Of a stretch of 64,000 nucleotides of DNA, positions 1-11,739 are shown one piece after another (position 1 is the first letter of the stretch; every line of letters begins with the position of its first letter). Source of the stretch: Prorocentrum cordatum. Lineage: Eukaryota. The notes beneath the pieces are model-generated. The model was not told where the DNA came from, searched no databases, and saw only the letters and a program-made list of their open reading frames with translations. The stretch spans positions 1 to 64,000 of the forward strand of contig CAUYUJ010000226.1 of assembly GCA_963575745.1 (NCBI GenBank), written 5' to 3'. The translations under genes were made by a program, and so were the position numbers.

Positions 1-23
1 GCAGCAGCAGCAGTAGCAGTAGC

Positions 24-63
<40 letters not shown>

Positions 64-96
64 AGTAGTAGTAGTAGTAGTAGTAGTCGTCGTCGC

Positions 97-128
<32 letters not shown>

Positions 129-202
129 GAGTCGTAGCCGTTTTTGTAGTTGTAGTAGCGGTGGTAATCGTAGTCGCAGTAGTAGTAGTAGTAGCCGTAG
201 TC

Positions 203-267
<65 letters not shown>

Positions 268-312
268 CGTAGTCGTAGTAGTAGTAGTAGTAGTCGTAGT
301 CGTAGTTGTAGT
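1..312. repeat. (TAG/GTA)n microsatellite with TCG variants
   Basis: Directly visible trinucleotide run. It is the source of the poly-V ORF 161..919. Confidence 0.97.
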
Positions 313-504
313 TCCCCACAGTCTAGGTGTGTTTCTGATTTTCTCTACAACTGCATCACACCCGCGTTTCTCACCCACCTCCCCTTCTCTACACCCGCGT
401 CACACCCGCGTTCACACCTCCCCCTCTTCCGCATTACATCATCACATCACACCACCCCGCGAGATACCATACCACACCACACCACACCACACCACACCAC
501 ACCA

Positions 505-3475
505 CAACTTTTTCGACACCACAGGGGGTGCGCAGGGAGTGCGGTTTCCATGCGGTGCAGGCTTGCAGGGCACGGCGGGCGTTGCACTTTCTCGTCGCTA
601 CAGGGAGTGCGCAGGGATTGCGGTCTCTATGCGTTGCAGGCTCGCAGGGCGTGGCAGGCGTTGCACTTCCTGGACTCCAGAGGGGGTGCGCAGGGAGTGC
701 GGTCTCCGTGCGTTGCAGGCTCGCAGGGCGCGGCAGGCGTGGCACTTTCTCTGCACCATAAAGGGTGCGCAGGGGTTGGTCTCCCTATCCGCCTTAGTTG
801 TGCAGGGCATAGCAGGCGTGGCACTTCCTCGACACCGTAGGGGGTTAGCAGGGGGTGGTCTCCCTATCCGCCTCAGTTGTGCAGGGCATAGCAGGCGTGG
901 CACTTTCTCTGCACAATAGGGGGTGCGCAGGAGGTGGTCTCCCTATCCGCCTTAGTTGTGCAGGGCATAGCAGGCGTGGCATTTTCTCGACACCGCAGAG
1001 GGGGTAGCAGGGGGTGGTCTCCCTATCCGCCTTAGCTGTGCAGGGCATATCAGGCGTGGCACTGTCTCGACACCGTAGGGGGGTTAGCAGGGGGTGGTCT
1101 CCCTGTCCGCCTTACTTGTGCAGGGCATAGCAGGCGTGGCACTTTCTCTGCACCATGAAGGGTGCGCAGGGGGTGGTCCCCCTATCCGCCTTAGTTGTGC
1201 AGGGCATAGCAGGCGTGGCACGTTTTCGACACCGTAGGGGGTTAGCAGGGTGTGGTCTCCCTATCCGCCTTAGTTGTGCAGGGCATACCAGGCGTGGCAC
1301 TTTCTCGACACCGTAGGGGGGTAGCAGGGGGTGGTCTCCCTAGTGGTCTCCCTATCCGCCTTAGTTGTGCAGGGCATAGCAGGCGTGTCACTTTCTCTGC
1401 ACCAAAAAGGGTGCGCAGGGGGTGGTCCCCCTATCCGCCTTAGTTGTGCAGGGCATAGCAGGCGTGGCACTTTGTCGACACCGTAGGGGGTTAGCAGGGT
1501 GTGGTCTCCGTATCCGCCTCAGTTGTGCAGGGCATAGCAGGCGTGGCATTTTCTCTGCACCATAGGGGGTGCGCAGGGGGGTGGTCTCCCTAGTGGTCTC
1601 CCTATCCGCCTTAGTTGCGCAGGGCATAGCAGGCGTGACACTTTCTCGACACCATTGGGGGTGCGCAGGGGGTGGTCTCCCTATCCGCCTTAGTTGTGCA
1701 GGGCATATCAGGCGTGGCACTGTCTCGACACCCGTAGGGGGTTAGCAGGGGGTGGTCTCCCTATCCGCCTTAGTTGTGCAGGGCATAGCAGGCGTGGCAC
1801 TTTCTCTGCACCTGCGCAGGCCGTGGCAGGCGTGGCACTGTCTCGACACCGTAGGGGGTTAGCAGGGGGTGGTCTCCCTATCCGCCTTAGTTGTGCAGGG
1901 CATAGCAGGCGTGGCACTTTCTCGACACCGTAGGGGGTTAGCAGGGGGTGGTCTCCCTATCCGCCTTAGTTGTGCAGGGCATAGCAGGCGTGGCACTTTC
2001 TCGACACCGCAGGGGGTGGTCGTCCCTATCCAGGGTGTGGCCTTAGTTGTGCAGGGCATAGCAGGCGTGGCACTTTCTCGACACCGTAGGGGGGTAGCAG
2101 GGGGTGGTCTCCCTAGTGGTCTCCCTATCCGCCTTAGTTGTGCAGGGCATAGCAGGCGTGTCACTTTCTCTGCACCAAAAGGGTGCGCAGGGGGTGGTCC
2201 CCCTATCCGCCTTAGTTGTGCAGGGCATAGCAGGCGTGGCACTTTGTCGACACCGTAGGGGGTTAGCAGGGGGTGGTCTCCGTATCCGCCTCAGTTGTGC
2301 AGGGCATAGCAGGCGTGGCATTTTCTCTGCACCATAGGGGGTGCGCAGGGGGGTGGTCTCCCTAGTGGTCTCCCTATCCGCCTTAGTTGCGCAGGGCATA
2401 GCAGGCGTGACACTTTCTCGACACCATTGGGGGTGCGCAGGGGGTGGTCTCCCTATCCGCCTTAGTTGTGCAGGGCATAGCAGGCGTGGCACTTTGTCGA
2501 CACCGTAGGGGGTTAGCAGGGTGTGGTCCCCGTATCCGCCCCAGTTGTGCAGGGCATAGCAGGCGTGGCACTTTCTCTGCGCCATAGGGGGTGCGCAGGG
2601 GGTGGTTCCCCTATCCGCCTTAGTTGTGCAGGGCATAGCAGGTGTGGCACTGTCTCTGCACCATAGGGGGTGCGCAGGGGGTGGTCTCCCTATCCGCCTT
2701 AGTTGTGCAGGGCATAGCAGGCGTGGCACTTTCTCGACACCGCAGGGGGTGCGCAGGGGGGGGTCTCCCTATCCGCCTTTGTTGTGCAGGGCATAGCAGG
2801 CGTGGCACTTTCTCGACACCGTAGGGGGTTAGCACGGGGTGGTCTCCCTATCCGCCTTCGTTGTGCAGGGCAAACCAGGCGTGGCACTGTCTCGACACCG
2901 TAGGGGGTTAGCAGGGTGTGGTCTCCCTATCCGCGTTAGTTGTGCAGGGCATAGCAGGCGTGGCATTTTCTCGTCACCGTAAGGGGTTGGCAGGGTGTGG
3001 TCTCCCTATCCGCCTTAGTTGCGCAGGGTATAGCAGGCGTGGCACGTTCTCTGCACCATAGGGGGTGCGCAGGGGGTGGTCTCCCTATCCGCCTTCGTTG
3101 TGCAGGGCATAGCAGGCGTGGCAAATTGTCGACACCGTAGGGGGTTAGCAGGGGGCGGTCTCCCTATCCGCCTTAGTTGTGCAGAGCATATATATAGCAG
3201 GCGTGGCACATTCTCGACACCGTAGAGGGTTGGCAGGGGGTGGTCTCCCTATCCGCCATAGTCGTGCAAGGCATAGCAGGCGCGGCACTTTCTCGACACC
3301 GTAGGTGGTGCGCAGGTGGTGGCCCCCCTATCCGCCTTAGTTGTGCAGGGCATAGCAGGCGTGACACTTTCTCGACACCATTGGGGGTGCGCAGGGGGTG
3401 GTCGCCCTATCCGCTTTAGTTGTGCAGGGCATAGCAGGCGTGGTACTTTCTCGGCACCGTCGGGGAGTGCGCACG
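505..3475. repeat. 79-bp tandem satellite (about 35 units) with diverged units at its left edge
   Basis: Unit CTCCCTATCCGCCTTAGTTGTGCAGGGCATAGCAGGCGTGGCACTTTCTCGACACCGTAGGGGGTTAGCAGGGGGTGGT recurs with a 79-bp period (781, 860 ...). Two variants alternate (CGACACCGTAGGGGGTTAG vs TGCACCATAGGGGGTGCG). Confidence 0.97.
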
Positions 3476-3534
3476 TGTTTAGTATACAAATACAAGGGGG
3501 ATACAAGAAGTCGGTGGGTTCCTCGGTAGCATAA

Positions 3535-4362
<828 letters not shown>

Positions 4363-4611
4363 TTACATGTTTAAAGTGTGTGGGGGGGGCGAGCGGTTAT
4401 TTACTGTCCCTGGGTCCGTGGTTGAAGTGGGCTTCAGCGGTTCGGATGTGTGTTGTTGTTGTTGCTGTTGGAGTTGTTGGTGATGTATTGTTCGTGAGAT
4501 CATTGGGTGTGTTGGTTGTTGTTGGTGTTGTTGTGTCTTGGTGGTTGTTTGTTGTTTGTTGTTAAGTGTGTGTTGTTCGTTGTCTGTTTTTTGTTGTGTG
4601 TTGTTGTCGTC

Positions 4612-4762
4612 CCGCCAGCGACCCGGCTCGCGACCCACCCGCGACCCAGTTGCGATCCACCTGCGACCCACCCCCGCGACCCACCCGCAACCCACCCGCA
4701 TCCCAGCCCACGACCCGCCCGCGACTCGCCCGCGACCTACCCGCGACCCACCCCGCGCCCGC
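4612..4762. repeat. Degenerate ~11-bp CGACCCACCCG minisatellite
   Basis: Repeated (C)GCGACCC(A/G)CC motif. Confidence 0.75.
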
Positions 4763-6568
4763 CCCTTCGCTCTCCTCCGCATCTGAGGGATGTTGCATGT
4801 GCTTTTGTTTGGTCACTTGGAGCCCAGGCGACGGATCGAGCGAGGGATGCCTTCCCGTGCTTGCCTGCCTTCTTCCCCTCGTCCATCCTGCTCCTGGATA
4901 CCTTTCCCTCCCCCCTGGGTAAGCTCTATCAAGTTGCCCTCCATGTTCGTCGTGCCGCTCGGCGAGCTCAGGGGACGAATGATGTCCCCACCGTGTCGCC
5001 ACGCAAAGTTTTCATATTCTCCCCCCCCTCCTCCCCCTCCTCCTCCTCCTCCTCCTCCTCCTCCTCCAAGTTCTCCTCCTCCTCCTCCTCCCTCCCATCC
5101 TCCTCCTCCTCCCCCTCCTCCTCCTCCCCCTCCTCCTCCTCCGCTCCCTCTTCTCCTCCTCCTGCTCCTCCTCCTCCTCCTCCTCCTCCTCCTCCTCCTC
5201 CTCCTACTCCTCCTCCTTCCCCCAACCGGACTTCCGCCTTGCTCCTTCTCTCCTCCCCCGCCGACCTTCTGTCCTTCTCCTCATGGTCGCGCCCGTAATG
5301 CCTATACGCGCCTTTTGCGTCTGCAGCTGTATCTGCGCGGGACGCCCGTCCTTGCACGCAGCCGGGGACTGTTTGCGGCTGTTGTCTATTGCTTCTCTCG
5401 TCGGACCCAACCTGGCCCCTGATTGTGTTGGCTCTGGCACACAAAACATCGGCCTCGTTGTACCGTTGGCGCCGCCCTGTTTCTTCTCCGCGCCCCCATC
5501 CGCACTCACCGTACTGGTGCGTCGAGTCCTCGGTGGTGGTTCCTGCGGCGCGAGATCCCTCCGCATCCCCCGGAGGCCCTTGTGACTTTGGACCGGTTCC
5601 TATTTCGCTCACCCGTGCACCCCCCGCCGCTATCACTGTCCTCCCGTCTGCGTCCCTCCTAGTCCCATTCCCTCTCCCGGCTCTCCCCTGACATCTCTTT
5701 CCCCCCCTTCCACTCGCTCTCCCCCCGCGATCGTCGTGACGATGGCCAAAACGGACCATGGTCCGTTTGGAAAGGGGGGGCGCCGGGGTGCCATGATATT
5801 CTTTCGCGCGGTGGCTCCGCCGCGAGCGCTCTTTCGGCGCCGTATCTGTCACCCCCGGGCTATGGCTTCGCAGAGAGTTGCCCGATGACGCGTAATATCT
5901 GTATTTCGTATTTTCCGAGTCCGGGCTTGACCCCCCCCCCGCCGAGAATTGCGGCAGGGGGTCCATGATGCCCTGGCGTGTCATTCGACCGACGGTCGAA
6001 TATAATCGGGGGGAGCCCGCGGTGCCAGAGCTCGTCATTCGACCTACGGTCGCATAGAATGCCTCGCCGAGGGCCAGTTACCTTCCCCGAGGTTTGTGGC
6101 AGGGGGTCCACGGGCCAGGGCGTTTCATGTGACCGACGGTCGAATTGAACCGGGGAGGGTCCATGGTGCCAGAGTTTGCCATTCGACCGACGGTCGAATA
6201 AAATAGCTGCTCGATGATACGTAATAATTGTATTTCGGATCTTCGGGGTCCGAGAACGAGGGGTGGAAATTCGAGCAGCTTTTCCTGGCGGATACGCACC
6301 GTATCCCGAGGTACGGCCGAAAGCTAAAAGTGGGGTTTGGCCCCCATTGGTATCAGCAGGTGGCCGATAGTTTTTGGCAGTGCCGCCAACGTTGAGGATG
6401 TGGCCGCCTCATCCTTACGATGGATGTAGGTACCCTTTAGTCCTATAGCGCGCTTGGTACTCCTCCTCCGCGTTCTCCTCCTCCTCCCCCCCCGGCGGCC
6501 GCCCCACGAGCTCCGCGCCCCCACCCACCCTCCCACGCGCGCCGCCGAGCCGCGCCGAGGAGGGCAAA

Positions 6569-6580
6569 ATGGCGGAGAGA
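6569..6580 (+). CDS. Possible first coding exon (MA or MAER) of the EamA-like gene
   Basis: AAAATGGCG start context in a GC-rich island. A phase-0 donor at GA (6575) or GT (6581) would join to exon 9017. There is no homology support. Confidence 0.25.
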
Positions 6581-6744
6581 GTGGGGAGGAGGAGGAGGAG
6601 GAGGAGGAGGAGGAGGAGGAGGAGGAGGACGAGGAGGAGGAAGGGGAGGAGGAGGAGGAGGAGGAGGAGGAGGACGAAGAGGAGGAGGAGGAGGCGGAGT
6701 ACGGGGAGGAGGAGGAGGAGGAGGCGGAGGAGGAGGAGGAGGAG

Positions 6745-7410
6745 GAGGACCAGTGCAAACCCAAGACCCATCAAAGATGTTGGCATATTCACAGGCCCCT
6801 AAAAGGGTTCACTTGCACTCAGGGAAGCGCCCCGTTCGGAGACAACCGTTGGGAAATCCAGAGGCGTGCCGAAACACCACTCTCGGAAGTCCAGCGCCAC
6901 GAATCATGTTGACTGTCGCGCCTCGACGATCCCGAACTGTGCCAGAACACCGCTCTTAGGATTTCAGCGCCGCGAATCACTGTAACTGTTGCGCCCTGAC
7001 AATCCTGAATCGTTCCAACACGTTGTCTCTGGTACGGTAGCCATGTGAGTCCGCGAAAATTTGGCAACGTATTGAGACGAATGCGCGCGGCACTAAGGCG
7101 AGAACCGCGGTCAACCCGTGCAGCCCTTTCGTTTGTTAAGACGAATGCGCGCGGCGCAAAGGCGAACGCCACATTGTGAAAAGGAACCGCCCCCCAGTCC
7201 ATGCAAACCCTTGCAATTGTTTAGGACGAATGCGCGCGGCGCTAAGGCGAGAATCGCAGGTCGAACACCGCAAGCCCTCACTCCGTGAAGGTGTTGACAT
7301 GTTCTGACACGAGTGTGCGCTGCGCTGGGGCAAGAACCGCGTTTCTGAAGTTGCCCGCCCTTCATCTGTGAAACGGTTGTGAACTTTGGAATTTCAGGGT
7401 CATGGGTGAC
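6745..7410 (+). mobile_element. Dispersed repeat family A, copy 1 (starts GAGGACCAGTGCAAACCCAAGA; internal GCGCGGCGCTAAGGCGAGA subrepeats)
   Basis: Homologous to 7605-8215 (+) and to 27165-27720 plus 29420-29535 (-). Confidence 0.7.
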
Positions 7411-7604
7411 AAGTTTTAGGTATAACGCACACCACGCCTTTCCGAGTGTCTCCGGGGCGTGACAGGGAGGAGGTGTTCATAGGAATGACAGACGAGGAGG
7501 AGCAGGAGAAGGAACATTAGGGAATTACGCAAGAGGAGCAAGAGCAGGAGGGATGAGGTCGGAGGAGGGGGGGGAGAGGAGGGTGGAGGAAAGAAGATGG
7601 TGAA

Positions 7605-8215
7605 GAGGACCAGTACAAATTCAAGACTCATCAACGGATTTTGGATACCCTCCCCCCAATATCCCTTTTCACCAGCCCCTACAAGGTTTCATTCCCACTG
7701 AAGGCACTGCTTCCTTGGGTGACAACCGTGTGAGAATCTTGGAGCGGCCGTGAATTCCTTTTTTTGTTCACAGGACATCGTCACCACGTGTTACCTAGAC
7801 TGATGCGGCATGACGGCCCCGAATCGTGTCACAACGCCGTTCTAAGGATTTCAAGTTTGGGAATCACCGTACTTGTTGCGCCCTGACAGCCCTGAATCGT
7901 CCCAAGACGCCACTTCTGGCACTGTAGCCATGGGAAACCATCTGTATGGTTTAACATTTGTTCGCGGCGCTGAGGCGAGAATTGCATTTTGGAAAGGAAC
8001 CGCCCTCAATCCGTGAAAGTATCGCAGTGCTTTAAGGCGAATGTGAGCGGCGCATAGGCGAGAGCCACATGTTGAAAACGACCCTGGCCCTCAATCCGTG
8101 AAGCTCTTTCGTGGCTATGTACGAATGTGCGCAGCGCCCAGACCAGAGCCACATTCTAAAAACCGCCCGCTCTCAATCCGTTAAACTCTGAGGTCTCAGC
8201 GAATATGCGCGGTGT
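7605..8215 (+). mobile_element. Dispersed repeat family A, copy 2
   Basis: Same start motif, same GTTGCGCCCTGACA..CCTGAATCGT core and same subrepeats as copy 1. Confidence 0.7.
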
Positions 8216-9016
8216 GCATGGTTGCCAGTGAAATGGTTGTCAGCGTTTATGCTTCAGGTTCATAAGTGGTGCAGTCGGCCCGGATCAGTAGGTCGACCCT
8301 GCCAGCTCAAGGGTACCCTTGTGTCCTGTGCTTCGCGACGCGTGCCTTCGTACATTCCTGTGGCGATGTGGCCCTCGGAAGGGTTTTGTGTCGGCGTCAC
8401 CCCAACATACTTATACTATATGTGCGTCGCCCCCCGGGGGGCGATGCGCGTACCGAGAAATCTTATAGTATATGCGTCGTGGCGGGCGCTTTCTGGCCAC
8501 GCCGTTCGGGAAACGATATACTACAAGATGGGTGTACTATATGTTTGGGTCGGACGCGCGCCTCCAAGGAATACATATAGTATTAGTATGTCCCTGTGCG
8601 TCCCATTGTGTCCTCTCGCGTGTCCTGTCCAATCGAGTCCGACTTTAAGGATGCCTCAGGCGAAAGGCCCGGCCCGCCCTTCCGGCAGGCCTCGGGGTGC
8701 GCCACGGGGGAGCTGTTCGGAAGGATGAGGAAGGAGACGCGAGCGCACCCAGAAGGAGGAGGAGGAGGGCGAGGAGGAGGAGGACGAGGACGAGGAGGAA
8801 AAGGACGAGGAGGAGGACGAGGAGGAGAAGGACGAGGACGAGGAGGAAAAGGACGAGGAGGAGGAGGAGGAGGAGGAGGAAGAGGAGGAGGAGGAGGAGG
8901 AGGAGGAGGAGGAGGAGGAGGGGGAGGGCGAGGACGAGGAGGACGAGGACGAGGACGAGGAGGAGAAGCAGGTGGAGCCCCCCCCCCCCCCGCGCGCAGC
9001 CGCGCCGCGCCGCGAG

Positions 9017-9136
9017 GACCCCGCCCTCAGCGCCCGCCTCCTGGACGGCCGCAGCACTGGCGGGGCCCTCGGGGCCGCCGCGCCCCCGCCGCGCCGCGTG
9101 GCGTACGTGCCGGGCTCCTCCTCGCGGCTGTACGAG
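9017..9136 (+). CDS. EamA-like transporter, N-terminal tail exon (DPALSARLLDG...SSRLYE)
   Basis: High-GC3 codons, GAG acceptor and GA donor at 9137. Alternative ends are a CAG acceptor giving start 9000 and a GC donor after 9179, which also keeps frame downstream. Confidence 0.55.
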
Positions 9137-11164
9137 GAGCGCCCCGCGGCCGCACCCGAGCGTCCCGGCTCGCCTACAGGCGCACCACAGAATGTTCCAA
9201 GAACCTCTGGTGTGGTCTGCACGGAATGTTCTCAGAACGTGTCGGGCCGAGACTGTCTTGCGTTGACACGTCGGGCTTATGTTCTGAGAACAAGGGTTGT
9301 GGTTATTGAAACGTCCCAGGGGTCTATCAAGATTTCGTGGAAGGCCTCTAGGGATGCCGGGACGGTCGGTCCCTGCTCAACCCACGGCCGCGCCGCCGCG
9401 GCCTGCTTAGGTTCAGATTCGAGGGTCGAGGATCGATGCGAGGGTCGAGGATCGAAGATCGATTCGAGGAAGGGTCTCTCTGGGGTTGGAGCCGTCTTGG
9501 GGCCTGAGGTGTCCCAGCATTGGTCATGGCCAACAGGAAGGGTGGGCAGGTCGAGGATCGGGTCTCAGAGGAGGCAAAGGTACCCAGGCATGATCGCGTC
9601 GTTGGAAACAATTAAATGGGAGGCTTTTGAAATTCTGCCTCTGGGGGCCCTCGCCGGGCCTCGGGACCATCTCACAACGGCTCAGGATGAAAACCCGGTC
9701 CCAGGGAATGGGTCGAGACCTCTGGGCGTCGACGTTATGAACAAAAACCTGACATCGGGGGACCGCTTCCCTTCCCTCCGTTTCCCCGCTTCGGGCCTTC
9801 TGGAAGGCCTCCGTCGCCATTGCTGGATTCGCTTCGAAGCCTTGGTCAGGACGCACCCCGGGAGAGGCCCGGGGGGGTAGCGGTCTCGGTGCCTTTTGGT
9901 CCCCCCCCCACGGCCGGAGCCCAGGACTTGGGGCCCAGTAGGAAGATCAAGGTGCCGCGAAGTCTTTCCCAGACTCCAAGCTTCCCCCTTCTCGTACAGT
10001 CAACGCGCCTAGTAAGGACCCGCGCCTTCGTCTAGGGAGCAGTGGGGGCGCGCGTCAAGAAACCATCTGCTTTTCGTCAGGGTATCCCGGGTTTCTTCGC
10101 TCCGCGCGCTGCGCGGTGACTTCCCGCAGCCGTTGAATAAGTTGATGCGTTCACGGTACTCCAGGCTTCCCCTCGGGTGCGCGCGGGTTTTCAGGGGTGT
10201 GTTTCTTGCGAGGGTTCCTTGCGGCCGCGCCTGGACTGTACTCTTGTGTCCTTGCCTCTGCGGCCCGTCCTTTGCCGTTTTCACTGGTCTCCAGCTGCCC
10301 GAAAGATCCCAACCTCTGGGCTCCAAGGGCCCTGCGTCCCTACCACCCGTCCTCAATACACGTTGCCACTGTATTTCAGCTCGCTCCTCCTCGCGGCTCC
10401 TCCTCGCGGCTGCACGAGAAGCGCCGCACGGCGGCGCCGCCGCGGCCCGGGAGACTCCCCGACCGAGGGCATTCGTTTGGGGGCGGCCAAAATCTAGATC
10501 GCGCCGCGTCGCCGATGCATCGCCGATGCATCGCCGACGCATCTGCGATGCGGCGGCGATGTGGAGCCCGATGTCCTCCACGTCGAAGGCGCCAATGCAT
10601 GGCCGACCTCAGCGATGCGGCGCGGTCCTCCGATCCCTTCCACTCGGACCCCATCTAGGAGGCCTCTGTCCAGCCACGAGGAGGGGAGACTTCACGGCCA
10701 CGTGCCCTGAGGTCCCCAGATGTCGTGGTCCCTCTTCTCACTTGAACTCGCCTCATGGCCCGTCCTGTGGCCGCGCACGTGCCTCGGGGCACGATCTGCT
10801 CCCCCCCTCGTGGACGCTCCCCCTCTTGGGCGCTACCCTTGCGGGGGGCGCTCGTCGGCGCAGAAGGGGGTCCAGGGTCGAGCTGCTCATCATTGAGCCC
10901 CAGAGACGTGCGGGGGTTTTCCCTTGCTCCTGGGCGACTTCTCGCCTCGGGGTGCTTCCCAGCAGCGCTGCGCCTCGCCGCGGGCGGTCCATGGGGCGCC
11001 CGAATCGTCCCGACCGGCCGCCGGGAGGCCCGAGTTCTGGCCCGGAAGCCTCCCGGGGAGTCGAGGGCCGAGGTGGATGAAGGCCACGCCACGCCAGCCC
11101 GCGCGGCCGCGCCAGCACGCGCGCACGCGCGGGGCCTGGAGTGGCACGGAGCGGCCGGAGGGAG

Positions 11165-11187
11165 GGAGGACTGCTTCACGGCTCGAG
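11165..11187 (+). CDS. EamA-like transporter, candidate micro-exon (GGLLHGS-R)
   Basis: GAG acceptor and AG|GC donor. Phase 0 in and phase 2 out match the neighbouring exons. Support is phase and composition only. Confidence 0.4.
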
Positions 11188-11739
11188 GCACGGAGGACGC
11201 AGGGGATCAGCATCCTCGGTCTCGAGCCAATGCTGCCCCGAGGGTGACCTCGAGGGCGCGAAGCTGTTCGCGCCTCGCGCTTCGCGGTTCGGCCCCGATT
11301 CCTCCCCATCCTCCTCTTCTCCCCTGGGGGGGCGGCGCGAGAGCGCGGAGTTGTTCGCGCTGCGCGAAGCGCGAAGTTTGGCGATCTTATTGCCCGCGCC
11401 GCCGCCACCGCCCACTGCCCTCGGGCGCTCCGTGCGTGTTGCCCATCCTCACAAGTGGTCGCCACGGAGCCCTCCTTGCGCCGCCCTGCGCCGCTGTGCG
11501 GCGCTGCCTTCGTAATAATGGAAAGTCATGGTGCAGTGCAGCACAGGGGTTGTCATCTGCATGGCGTCGCTTACGCACATGGTCTCGTGCATGTGGTGCT
11601 TGGTCGTTTCGCATCGTCCTTTGCGCGCCACCCATTGCGTCGAACCAAGCACGATTGTTGATGTATTTATGTATTGATTTATTTATCTTTATTTATTTAG
11701 TAATTATATATATAAATCAAATGGGGATGAGGTTTCGTC

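Noticed and set aside
131..150. Dinoflagellate spliced-leader relic (CGTAGCCGTTTT)
   Set aside because: A short partial match inside a (TAG)n tract that lacks the GGCTCAAG end.
505..3475. CRISPR array
   Set aside because: Units are repeated along their whole length, with no unique spacers and no cas genes. It is a satellite.
8972..9880. 302-aa ORF as a complete gene
   Set aside because: Only 9017-9136 (or to 9179) looks coding. The rest has no codon bias or recognisable domain and is read-through into the intron.
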